Shown here one piece after another: positions 10,370-18,636 of a stretch of DNA of 64,000 nt (the stretch's first letter is position 1; the number at the start of each line of letters is the position of its first letter). The notes under the pieces are model-generated. The model worked only from the letters and a program-made list of their open reading frames with translations, was not told where the DNA came from and searched no databases. Made by a program: the position numbers and the translations under genes. Origin of the DNA: an uncultured Candidatus Poseidoniales archaeon (GTDB lineage: Archaea; Thermoplasmatota; Poseidoniia; Poseidoniales; Poseidoniaceae); the NCBI GenBank assembly GCA_963997415.1, contig CAXEMN010000009.1, forward strand, positions 243 through 64,242. Direction: 5' to 3'.

Positions 10370-11155
10370 TCATTCGCTTTCCGAACTCAAAGTACCACCC
10401 AAAGCAGCCTTAGAGGCTCGTGTAATGTAGACGGTTGCGAAGATCGAAGCAAAAATACCGAGAACAAGAACCGCCACCCCTGCTGGTGAAGTTTGAACCC
10501 CTTGTATAGCGCTCCTGTTGAGCGCGAGGCTGCCAAGAACATACCCATAATAGGCATAAGCGAACGAATACACAAAACTAGTTGCATTTGAAAGCATAAA
10601 GACACGGAAGGAAACTGGACTTGCCGACATCATGTAATTCAGCCATTCATCCGGAATGACGGGCGATAACCGAACTAAGATGGAAATTCGCAAAGCATCT
10701 TCGGCCAAAGCATCTTCGATTCGTGTCAATCGTTCATCCTTCGAAATTGACTGTTGGATGAGATCTCTGAAAAGCCACCTTCCAGTCAAGAAGGCGAGCA
10801 TGCCTCCAATTAGCGAGGCAGCATAATTCACCAATACCGCAATCCAGTATGGAAAAATAGCCCCTGCTGCGACTTTCAGCAGAGGTGAAGGAATAAGGAG
10901 GAGGATGGAAAGTGCGATCGTTAAAGAAAACAACACTGGCCCAATTGGCCCTACATCCTCAAACCACGCGATAATTGAAACTGCATCCTTAAACAAAACA
11001 TAACCTGCAACGGCGCAACAAAGGAGAATGACAACGCCGAAGAGGGCGCGCCACCTGTACAAACGAGGTTGGTGTTCCTTCATTTGTTGAAGGCTGTCTT
11101 TTCCATCGAGCAGTTGCATTTCTGATGGCGTGGGCATCGGAGGAGTGGATTTCAT
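10370..11155 (-). CDS. TVP38/TMEM64 (DedA-related) family membrane protein
   Basis: Polytopic protein with core LLLIPSPLLKVAAGAIFPYWIAVLVNYAASLIGGMLAFLTGRWLFR, typical of the SNARE-associated/TVP38 family. Its start forms an ATGA overlap with the upstream gene. Confidence 0.65.
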   Translation of the reverse strand: MKSTPPMPTPSEMQLLDGKDSLQQMKEHQPRLYRWRALFGVVILLCCAVAGYVLFKDAVSIIAWFEDVGPIGPVLFSLTIALSILLLIPSPLLKVAAGAIFPYWIAVLVNYAASLIGGMLAFLTGRWLFRDLIQQSISKDERLTRIEDALAEDALRISILVRLSPVIPDEWLNYMMSASPVSFRVFMLSNATSFVYSFAYAYYGYVLGSLALNRSAIQGVQTSPAGVAVLVLGIFASIFATVYITRASKAALGGTLSSESE

Positions 11156-12207
11156 TCCTCTTCCTCCGCTTCAGGCAAGGAAGCGAGGACATCCTGCAAC
11201 ATCTGAGCAGCATCTTCGACCTGAGTCATGAGCGTGAGATCAGAAACAGCTCCCGGTCGGCCAAGATTCCACATCAAATCAGAGACAAATTCAGTTGTCA
11301 GTCTGGTCAGTTTGAGCACTTCAGGATCAATTGGCGTCATCGTACTCTCGTGATGAATGGTAATCAAATCAGGCGTTTCGTCTAAGATACCATCCATTGA
11401 GGCTTCAACATCATCAGCCAAACCCTGTGCTTGTGCTTCCAAAATCTCTTCCATTGAGGACTTAAATCCCTGCTTCATCGATGCAAGTGCTCCTTTTCCT
11501 TTGCCAAGGGATTCACTGCGCTTCAAATCTGAAAAAGTAGGCCCTTGTGAGCCTTGTGCTGGCTCACTTTCTTGGCCTTCAGATTCACCAACCAATTTAT
11601 TGAGAGCAAGTCTGAGCATGGCAGACATGACCGACGGGTCGAGTTCTTCATTCACTTCCAAGCCCTCTTCACCCATTTGGCCAAGAATTTCGTCAATGAA
11701 TCCGCTGTCAATTTTTTCGGGACCAACCAGTCCTTTGAGCATCGGCAGCGCCCATTTGCTGTCACCCATGGTCATCGAAACATCGAAGGTTCCACCGGTT
11801 CCACTTCCAGTATTGACTTCAGCAGGAGGAGGAACGAATTGCTTGCGCGTGTGACGGTGCAGTTGTTCAATGAGCGCTGACATATCGATTGGCTTGCCCA
11901 TCACCTCCGCCACGCCAGCCTGAGCAGCGCTGACAAGGTATTCTTTGCCAGTGTTTCGAGAGAGAATAACAATGCGACACTTGAAGGCAAATTCCGGATC
12001 GCTCATGAGCCGTTGAGAGGCGTCAATAGCATCACCATTTTTCCATTCACTATCGATCAAAACCACTTCAGGCATGATGGCTAGGGCTGTGCCTTCAGCT
12101 TGTCTTAAGGTACCAGCACGGGTGATTTCGAACCCTTCCCTTTCGAGGGTGTTGGCCAGAAGGCTCCTTCGCCCTTCATTCTCATCTGCAACGATTACCT
12201 TGGGCAT
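11152..12207 (-). CDS. CheY-like receiver-domain protein with acidic C-terminal region of unknown function
   Basis: N-terminal 120 aa have the receiver pattern (KVIVADENEG..., VVLIDSEWKNGD as putative phospho-Asp, CRIVILS). The remaining ~230 aa have no recognisable output domain. Ends in EAEEEE. Confidence 0.6.
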   Translation of the reverse strand: MPKVIVADENEGRRSLLANTLEREGFEITRAGTLRQAEGTALAIMPEVVLIDSEWKNGDAIDASQRLMSDPEFAFKCRIVILSRNTGKEYLVSAAQAGVAEVMGKPIDMSALIEQLHRHTRKQFVPPPAEVNTGSGTGGTFDVSMTMGDSKWALPMLKGLVGPEKIDSGFIDEILGQMGEEGLEVNEELDPSVMSAMLRLALNKLVGESEGQESEPAQGSQGPTFSDLKRSESLGKGKGALASMKQGFKSSMEEILEAQAQGLADDVEASMDGILDETPDLITIHHESTMTPIDPEVLKLTRLTTEFVSDLMWNLGRPGAVSDLTLMTQVEDAAQMLQDVLASLPEAEEEE

Positions 12208-12311
12208 ATTCCCCCCCCTTTCGTGTGCAGGGGGCAGAACGGAGTCTTGAACCTCACGCCTAATTCAAGCCGCACAGTGTTGGTTCACGAACAGCACAGA
12301 AAAGGCAGAAC

Positions 12312-13478
12312 TCAGGAGAACATAATTTCCTCGGGAAGGGCTGCTTGCCAGGCAAGGATACCGCCTTCAAGGTTGTAAAGCTTCGAACCGTTCATGCCCG
12401 CTTGAATCAATAACATTGCCGCGAGTTGCGAGCGCATGCCACTTCTACAGTGGATCACGATGTCGTTGTCTTTAGGCAGCACATCAAGAGATGAGACCAC
12501 CGATTCGTGAGGGACTTGATGATCACATGAGGACACGTGAGCCTCGTGGTATTCCATCAATGAACGGACGTCGAGGATGTAAGGTGCCCATCCCTCCGCT
12601 CTTCGAGCAATGAAGTTGGCCATCGAGATGCTTTCGAACATGGTTGTTCCATCGGAGGCACCACCCTCTTGAATTAACCGCCTTGGGTCTGCATGTAGGC
12701 ACCACTCAGGAGATTCAAACATCGCCTCTACTTCATCAAGATTCGAAGATGGGATTCGGTCAGGATTCCGCTCAAACCGAAGTTGGTTGAATTCCATTGC
12801 TTCAGCATCATAGACAAGAAGTCGACCGTTCAAGGGATCGCCCAATCCAAGGATGAGTTTGATGACTTCATTTGCTTGAAGTGAACCAATGACTCCTGGC
12901 AACACCCCGAGTACACCACCATCTGCACAGGAAGGGACCGCGTCTGAAGGAGGTGGGTTTGAAAAAAGATCTCTGTAGCATGGACCGCCATTGAAATTAA
13001 ATACGCTGACTTGGCCTTCAAAGCGATATATAGAGCCGTACACCCAAGGCAATTCAAGTAAACTACATGCATCATCTACAAGGTATCGAGTCGGAAGATT
13101 ATCGCACCCATCAACCACCACATCCCAACCACCACCCAAAATCTCAATGGCATTGTTTGGTGTGAGGCGAACATCAAAGGCATCAATCTGAATCTCGTCA
13201 TTCAATTCCTCAAGGCGTCTTTTTGCTGAATTGACTTTCTTTTCTCCGATGGCAGAAGAGGAATGAATCACTTGTCGTTGGAGGTTTGAAAGGGATACAA
13301 CATCATCATCAACGATGCCGATTCGCCCCACACCAGCAGCTGCGAGGTACAGCAACAGAGGGCTTCCAAGGCCGCCAGCACCAATCACGAGGACACGTGC
13401 TTGATCGAGTTTTTTCTGCCCTTCAGAACCGACACCGGGAAGCACCAAATGACGAGCATAGCGGTGTTCGTCTGACAT
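12312..13478 (-). CDS. MoeB/ThiF-type E1-like adenylyltransferase fused to a C-terminal rhodanese domain (MoeZ/Uba4/MOCS3 architecture)
   Basis: Nucleotide loop VLVIGAGGLGSP. Block GGPCYRDLFSNPPPSDAVPSCADGGVLGVLPG. C-terminal rhodanese active-site loop VIHCRSGMRS. Confidence 0.85.
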   Translation of the reverse strand: MSDEHRYARHLVLPGVGSEGQKKLDQARVLVIGAGGLGSPLLLYLAAAGVGRIGIVDDDVVSLSNLQRQVIHSSSAIGEKKVNSAKRRLEELNDEIQIDAFDVRLTPNNAIEILGGGWDVVVDGCDNLPTRYLVDDACSLLELPWVYGSIYRFEGQVSVFNFNGGPCYRDLFSNPPPSDAVPSCADGGVLGVLPGVIGSLQANEVIKLILGLGDPLNGRLLVYDAEAMEFNQLRFERNPDRIPSSNLDEVEAMFESPEWCLHADPRRLIQEGGASDGTTMFESISMANFIARRAEGWAPYILDVRSLMEYHEAHVSSCDHQVPHESVVSSLDVLPKDNDIVIHCRSGMRSQLAAMLLIQAGMNGSKLYNLEGGILAWQAALPEEIMFS

Positions 13479-13488
13479 GGAAATCGCA

Positions 13489-13917
13489 TCAAAAACCTTG
13501 AGTCATGAGAAGACCGAAGAAGAGAGCAAGGCCTGCAAGGCCGAGAGCCATGAAGCCTGAGATGATGGCTGAAATGATTTGAGCCGCACGTGCAAGGCCA
13601 TGATCTGAGTGCCCAGGGTACATTGTTGTGGTTTTCAATGCGCTGTTGGCCATGATCAGCGAAATAGGTGCGAGACAAAATGGAAGGCCGAAAATAAAAC
13701 CCCCGACCAATGCAACAAGTGAAATCACAAGGGCTGCTGTGGCACTGGTTGACGGTTGTACCATCATTTGATGTTGGCCGTAGGCTCCGCCACCCATCAT
13801 GGTCTGTGTTGTTCCTTGAATCATCTGGGGAGCTGGCTGGAACTGTTGTTGAGTCGCCGTCTGCTGACCAGCTGAATCCCACTGGAATCCTTGAGGGGGT
13901 TGTTGTCCGGGTTGCAT
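13489..13917 (-). CDS. small membrane protein with Gln-rich N-terminal region
   Basis: N-terminal ~55 aa are Q/G/T/M-rich (QPGQQPPQGFQW...QQQFQPAPQMIQG), followed by hydrophobic helices (ALVISLVALVGGFIFGLPFCLAPISLIMA; AQIISAIISGFMALGLAGLALFFGLLM). ATG at 13917. Confidence 0.5.
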   Translation of the reverse strand: MQPGQQPPQGFQWDSAGQQTATQQQFQPAPQMIQGTTQTMMGGGAYGQHQMMVQPSTSATAALVISLVALVGGFIFGLPFCLAPISLIMANSALKTTTMYPGHSDHGLARAAQIISAIISGFMALGLAGLALFFGLLMTQGF

Positions 13918-13959
13918 AGCCAAACCAGCCTGCAGCCTTTGATAAAATCAACTGTCAAA

Positions 13960-14889
13960 TCAAAGATGATTGTCTTCAAGCCACTTTTCGACATCCATGG
14001 CCGCTTGGCAACCCATTCCAGCTGCCGTAATGGCTTGCTTGTAGCGGGTGTCAACGACGTCCCCGGCTGCAAATACGCCTTCGACGGAGGTCATGGTATG
14101 TCGCTTGTGAACAATGTAGCCTTCCTCGTCGGTTTCAACTTGACCACCTAGGAAACCAGTGATTGGTTTGTGGCCGATGGCGATGAACGCACCAGTGACC
14201 GAAATTGTCTCCGTGCTACCATCCCGGGGATCTTCCAGTACAGCACCGGTCAACCCTTTTTCATCGGACAGCCAAGACTGGACTTGTCGGAAGGTTTTGA
14301 TTTCGATCTTCTCGTGATTTGCTGCTCGTTCGTACATGATGTTGGATGCTCTAAACACATCTCTACGATGGACGAGCGTCACTTTTGATGCAAATCTTGT
14401 GAGGAACGTCGCTTCTTCACAAGCTGAATCGCCGCCACCAACAACCATCACTTCTTCATCACGGAAGAAAGCACCGTCGCATGTTGCGCATGTCGAAATC
14501 CCGCGCCCTTTCTGTTCTTCCTCACCGGGTTTGTTCAGCCAAATAGACTCTGCACCCGTGCACACAATGATCGAATGCGTAAGGTAGGTTTCACCCTCGA
14601 CAACCACCTTGTATGGTCGCTCAGAAACATCCACAGATTCCACATTTTTATCTTGAACTTCCAATCCGAACCGTTCTGCTTGTTCGCGAAGTTCCATCAT
14701 CATTTCAGGTCCACCGATACCCTTAGGATAACCGGGGAAGTTCTCAATGTCGGAAGTAAGCATTAACTGACCACCAGACATATAGCCTGCAAACATGAGA
14801 GGATTGAGCATGGCTCGCGCTGCATAAAGTCCAGCAGTGTATCCAGCTGGACCAGATCCAATGATGATGACATTGTGTGTTTCGGACAT
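13960..14889 (-). CDS. trxB: thioredoxin-disulfide reductase
   Basis: FAD loop IIIGSGPAGYTAGLYAAR, redox-active CATCDG, NAD(P)H loop VVGGGDSACEEA, C-terminal GVFAAGDV. ATG at 14889 (MSETHNV...). Confidence 0.92.
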   Translation of the reverse strand: MSETHNVIIIGSGPAGYTAGLYAARAMLNPLMFAGYMSGGQLMLTSDIENFPGYPKGIGGPEMMMELREQAERFGLEVQDKNVESVDVSERPYKVVVEGETYLTHSIIVCTGAESIWLNKPGEEEQKGRGISTCATCDGAFFRDEEVMVVGGGDSACEEATFLTRFASKVTLVHRRDVFRASNIMYERAANHEKIEIKTFRQVQSWLSDEKGLTGAVLEDPRDGSTETISVTGAFIAIGHKPITGFLGGQVETDEEGYIVHKRHTMTSVEGVFAAGDVVDTRYKQAITAAGMGCQAAMDVEKWLEDNHL

Positions 14890-14992
14890 CCTATGCAACT
14901 CCAGTAGGTTTGAATGGTGAGACTCATCACTTGAACATTCACATTGATTCAAATGGGTTAATGTCGGCAGAATTGGTCCATTCTCTAGGTAC

Positions 14993-15391
14993 TCAAAGCA
15001 TCACTGCTATCGCTGAGACCGCTGCTCTGGCATGCGGTTCCAAGCGAGGCTCGATATGCTCTTGTTCTGCGCCTGGACCAATAATACCTAGGCCGACTGG
15101 TTTCTCATGAACGAGTTGTAATTCGATGATGGATTTGATGACGGCTTGACCCATCGCCAGTCCATGTTGTGTTTGACCTCGTTCAATGATGCCAAGGCAG
15201 GCCACTGCAGCGATGCCCTCATCCGCAAGCAAGCGATCGACGGCAAGGGGAACTTCCATTGCTCCTGGGACCCATACCACTGATTCAACATTCAAATCAT
15301 GCTTATTCGCTTCATCTTTCGCCCATTCGAGCATGCGTTCAATTTCGTTCTTGTGGAATGAACCACAGACCAGTGCTATCGATTGATTCAT
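14993..15391 (-). CDS. ribH: 6,7-dimethyl-8-ribityllumazine synthase (archaeal-size)
   Basis: 132 aa, collinear with archaeal lumazine synthases as I recall them (VVWVPGAMEVPLAVDRLL...AVACLGIIERGQTQH...KPVGLGIIGPG). Lies inside the rib operon. Confidence 0.8.
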   Translation of the reverse strand: MNQSIALVCGSFHKNEIERMLEWAKDEANKHDLNVESVVWVPGAMEVPLAVDRLLADEGIAAVACLGIIERGQTQHGLAMGQAVIKSIIELQLVHEKPVGLGIIGPGAEQEHIEPRLEPHARAAVSAIAVML

Positions 15392-16002
15392 GATGATACC
15401 TCATTGTGTTGTGAAAGATAACGTTCGACCGTGGCGACAATCGTTTGAGTTGATGAATCAATTTCAAGGTTCACTGCGTCGCCAATAGAGCGCTGTCCTA
15501 AGGTCGTCAGTCGCAGTGTTTCAGGAATAATGTGAAGCTTGAACGCCCCGTCTTGAACTTCACCAACCGTGAGAGAGATGCCATCAACCCCGATGTAACC
15601 CTTCTCCAAGACGTACTTTCTCATCTCTTCAGGAACAAGAACTTGGAAATCCATACCTTCACCCAACTCTGTTGCCGTTTGAATGCGTCCAGTGCCCATG
15701 ATGTGGCCCGACAACAGGTGGCCCCCTATTTCATCACCAAACGAAAGAGAGCGCTCGACGTTGACCTCCGAGCCCACAACAAGTTCGCCAATGGTAGTTC
15801 TGTGAAGCGTTTCTTGAATCACATCAAAGTTGACGACGGGCCCATCGATCTGTGTTGCTGTCAGGCACACTCCGTTGATGGCTACACTCGCCCCAATGGC
15901 GAGGTCATTGGTGTTTGGCAGTTCAATGCTCAGCGTGCGAATCGTGGTTCCATCGACAATGGCTTCGATACGCCCTTTGCCCTGAACGATACCGGTGAAC
16001 AT
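15388..16002 (-). CDS. ribE: riboflavin synthase, bacterial/eukaryotic-type alpha chain
   Basis: Starts MFTGIVQGKG. An internal two-fold repeat (GASVAINGVCLT / GYIGVDGISLT) is typical of the trimeric RibE family. The ATG at 16002 overlaps the ribL stop by 1 nt. Confidence 0.9.
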   Translation of the reverse strand: MFTGIVQGKGRIEAIVDGTTIRTLSIELPNTNDLAIGASVAINGVCLTATQIDGPVVNFDVIQETLHRTTIGELVVGSEVNVERSLSFGDEIGGHLLSGHIMGTGRIQTATELGEGMDFQVLVPEEMRKYVLEKGYIGVDGISLTVGEVQDGAFKLHIIPETLRLTTLGQRSIGDAVNLEIDSSTQTIVATVERYLSQHNEVSS

Positions 16003-16451
16003 CAATCATCACCTCGTTCGTTGGTTTGGGCACGTTCCAAAATTCGTGCAATGATTTTTCGTGTGCCGTCCAAGTCCTCTGACAACCCTTCGACTCGAGT
16101 TACTGCAATTCCTTCGTAGCCAAGTTCAGTGAGTTTGGCACGGATTCGATCTTCGGCATGTTCTTGATCGTACCCTAAGGCGATTACATCGGGATTGATG
16201 GTCGGAAGAATATCAAAGATGGGCACATCGGGAGGATTGCCAATCACGGCAGCGTCGACTGGCTTCAAGCCCTGGACCATGCGTAGGCGTAAGTCCTGTC
16301 CTGTCACTGGTTCATGCTTTCGCTTTCGAACCGTGTCATCGTGGGCAACCACAACGGTAAGGTGATCACCGAGTGCTTTGGCTTGCTCCATGTAATGCAA
16401 ATGACCGGCATGAAGCAAGTCAAACACACCCACCGCCATCACGCGCTTCAT
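16002..16451 (-). CDS. ribL: archaeal-type FAD synthase (CTP-dependent FMN adenylyl/cytidylyl-transferase)
   Basis: Cytidylyltransferase fold signature VGVFDLLHAGHLHYMEQAKALGDHLTVVVAHDDTV. Collinear with Methanocaldococcus RibL as recalled. ATG at 16451. Confidence 0.75.
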   Translation of the reverse strand: MKRVMAVGVFDLLHAGHLHYMEQAKALGDHLTVVVAHDDTVRKRKHEPVTGQDLRLRMVQGLKPVDAAVIGNPPDVPIFDILPTINPDVIALGYDQEHAEDRIRAKLTELGYEGIAVTRVEGLSEDLDGTRKIIARILERAQTNERGDD

Positions 16452-16503
16452 AGCCTCACCTAATCTTGTCATCCTGCACTTGCACAAGGTTCTACCGGCC
16501 GAA

Positions 16504-17211
16504 TCAAATCCCTAGAGCATCGATGAGTTGTGCACCTTCCAAGAACGGAATATTTCGTTCTTTGGCCCACGCTCTTGCGTCTGACACAGACAATGCATTG
16601 TCGCCATCTGGCTGCAACATCTCAGCACCGATGACCACTGGTGTCATGCCTGCTAAGCGAGCAAGCCCAACTGCGAGTTCGGTGTGGCCTTGGCGACGTG
16701 AAAGGCCACCTTCTGTTTCTCTGCAGACAGGGATGTGACCCGGTGTTCTGAATTCTTTACCAAGCGCCACTTGTGCAGCTTCACCACTGACCTCTGCCTG
16801 GATCAATTCCTCTGTCAATTCTGCAAACCTCCGCGTGGTGAGCGCTCGGTCGTGATCCGTAATTCCCGTGTAGGTCTTTCTGTGATTGAGGGAGAGGGTG
16901 AAGGCAGAGCGAGCATCATAGCGCAAATCATTGGTCACCAAATGATTGAGCACGTTGTGTTGATTGACAAGCGCTGGATGTGTGTGGAGGTCTTGGAGAA
17001 ACGGGAGGGAGAAACGTTCCCCTACATCGTGGCCGATTGCCAAAAAGAGCAGACCGCCGCAATCGAGACGAAGTTGCCTCATGGTTTTGGGCTCAGCACA
17101 TTGGCCGGGGAACAAAAGGTCGGTTTCTCCTTCTCGCTTTTCGGAGTCAAAAAGACACACTGGCTTCCCGTTCTTGAACGCATCAACAGCAGCCTGAACT
17201 TCATCCTCCAT
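16504..17211 (-). CDS. ribB: 3,4-dihydroxy-2-butanone-4-phosphate synthase
   Basis: GKPVCLFDSEKREGETDLLFPG, LSLNHRKTYTGITDHDRA, FRTPGHIP, RQGHTELAVGLARLAG. Standalone archaeal-style RibB. Confidence 0.88.
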   Translation of the reverse strand: MEDEVQAAVDAFKNGKPVCLFDSEKREGETDLLFPGQCAEPKTMRQLRLDCGGLLFLAIGHDVGERFSLPFLQDLHTHPALVNQHNVLNHLVTNDLRYDARSAFTLSLNHRKTYTGITDHDRALTTRRFAELTEELIQAEVSGEAAQVALGKEFRTPGHIPVCRETEGGLSRRQGHTELAVGLARLAGMTPVVIGAEMLQPDGDNALSVSDARAWAKERNIPFLEGAQLIDALGI

Positions 17212-17348
17212 GGTGCATGCTCAACGGAAGGAGTTCATGAAGGGTCGTATGCATTCACCATCAGCAGGGGCCATGAAATCACAAGATTTTGCGGACAGCC
17301 AACGGAAAGGGATTATCATAGGATGGCCCTTGGCTTGAACCTGCGGGG

Positions 17349-18536
17349 ATGCCAAGTATGCCAGTAAAACTCGGACCTGCAGGCGTACCATTGTCATGCA
17401 AAGGACGCACAATCGTCGAAGGAATGGACGATATCATCTCTCTCGGACTTGAAACCATGGAAGTCCAAACCGTTCGAATGGTGGCTCCAAATCACTTCGA
17501 ACAGTACTGGCAAGCCGGTGTCCTGGCCAACAAAACTGAATTTGAAATGAACATTCACGGCCCTTACTACTCTGAGTTGCTCGGCAACCGAGTCGAGCGT
17601 GGCCGCTCGTTAGCGAAGATTGAATCAACACTCCAAGCCGCACGAACCATCAACGCAAGACACATTACCCTTCACGCTGGCCATTATGGCGGCATGAGTC
17701 CCGGCTCTGCAGCAAATGAGCAAGTGGCGAATGTGTTCGCTGGTGTGGTCGATCGTGTCGCAGAAATTTGGCACGACGATGAGGATGAGTTCCCCGTCTT
17801 CCCTTGGATCAAGAACGGTACACCTTCCAAGATTGGAATTGAAACTTCTGGGCGACAGGAATTGTGGGGCAGCCTTGAGGAAGTCCTCGAAGTGGTCAAT
17901 CACGTTGAGGGAACAATCCCTGTGCTCAACATCGCCCACATCCACGCCCGAGGCCATGGGAAGATGCGTACATCAGAAGACTATGGCGAATTGTTTGACG
18001 AAGTGCGTGAAACGATTGGTACAAAGGAGTTTTATTGCCATTTCTCAGGTGTTGAACACCGAACTGGAAATGCTATGCACTACACCCAGATCAAGAAATC
18101 AGATTTGAACTTCGAACCTTTGGCTGAATTTATTGTTGAAGATGGTGGTTGGTTGGACATCACCCTGATTTCAGACTCACCGCTCCTCGAACACGATGCA
18201 ATGTACATGTTGCAGAGCATCGAAAAGTCAAGGCATCGCCAACTTGAGCGAAAGGCTCGAGAAAACCGACGACGCGCCTTAGCAGCACAAACCGGCACCA
18301 CGCCCGCAGCCTTGGCCGCAAAAGAAGCCCAACAAGCAGCCCTTCGTCCCGATGCAACGTCTGGTGCAAAGAAGGCGGAAGAAGCACCTGCAGCGGAAGT
18401 TGCAGAAGAAAAGGCCCCTGCAAAGGAAGAAAAGCCCGCTAAGAAAGCACCAAAAAAGAAAGCAACCAAGGCAAAGGCGGAAGAGAAGAACGATGATGTC
18501 TTTGACTTCGAAGAAGACGACGATGACTTGTTCTGA
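17349..18536 (+). CDS. AP-endonuclease-2/xylose-isomerase-like TIM-barrel protein (endonuclease IV-like) with Lys/Ala/Glu/Pro-rich tail and acidic tip
   Basis: Barrel blocks HGPYYSEL, HITLHAGHYGG, IGIETSG, NIAHIHARGHG, FYCHFSGVEH. Tail is KKAEEAPAAEVAEEKAPAKEEKPAKKAPKKKATKAKAEEKNDDVFDFEEDDDDLF. Confidence 0.6.
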   Translation: MPSMPVKLGPAGVPLSCKGRTIVEGMDDIISLGLETMEVQTVRMVAPNHFEQYWQAGVLANKTEFEMNIHGPYYSELLGNRVERGRSLAKIESTLQAARTINARHITLHAGHYGGMSPGSAANEQVANVFAGVVDRVAEIWHDDEDEFPVFPWIKNGTPSKIGIETSGRQELWGSLEEVLEVVNHVEGTIPVLNIAHIHARGHGKMRTSEDYGELFDEVRETIGTKEFYCHFSGVEHRTGNAMHYTQIKKSDLNFEPLAEFIVEDGGWLDITLISDSPLLEHDAMYMLQSIEKSRHRQLERKARENRRRALAAQTGTTPAALAAKEAQQAALRPDATSGAKKAEEAPAAEVAEEKAPAKEEKPAKKAPKKKATKAKAEEKNDDVFDFEEDDDDLF

Positions 18537-18636
18537 ACCGCTCGCAGTATTGCAAGACCTTCACAAACCCCTTTCCCGACGTGTTCAACTGTGGGAATCA
18601 AGATAAATGAAGTGGACAGCGTGAGCATTGTTCACC

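Noticed and set aside
13385-13951. 188-aa alternative-frame ORF overlapping the 13489..13917 membrane-protein gene.
   Set aside because: It would overlap the MoeB-like gene's 5' end by ~95 nt. It lacks TM or other structure and is Ser/Arg/Cys/Thr-rich like an off-frame translation.
17212-17348. Divergent ribB/endonuclease-IV-like intergenic region inspected for an FMN riboswitch.
   Set aside because: None of the conserved FMN-element segments I remember are present, and the 137-bp region is shared with a divergent promoter. FMN riboswitches are also not expected in archaea.
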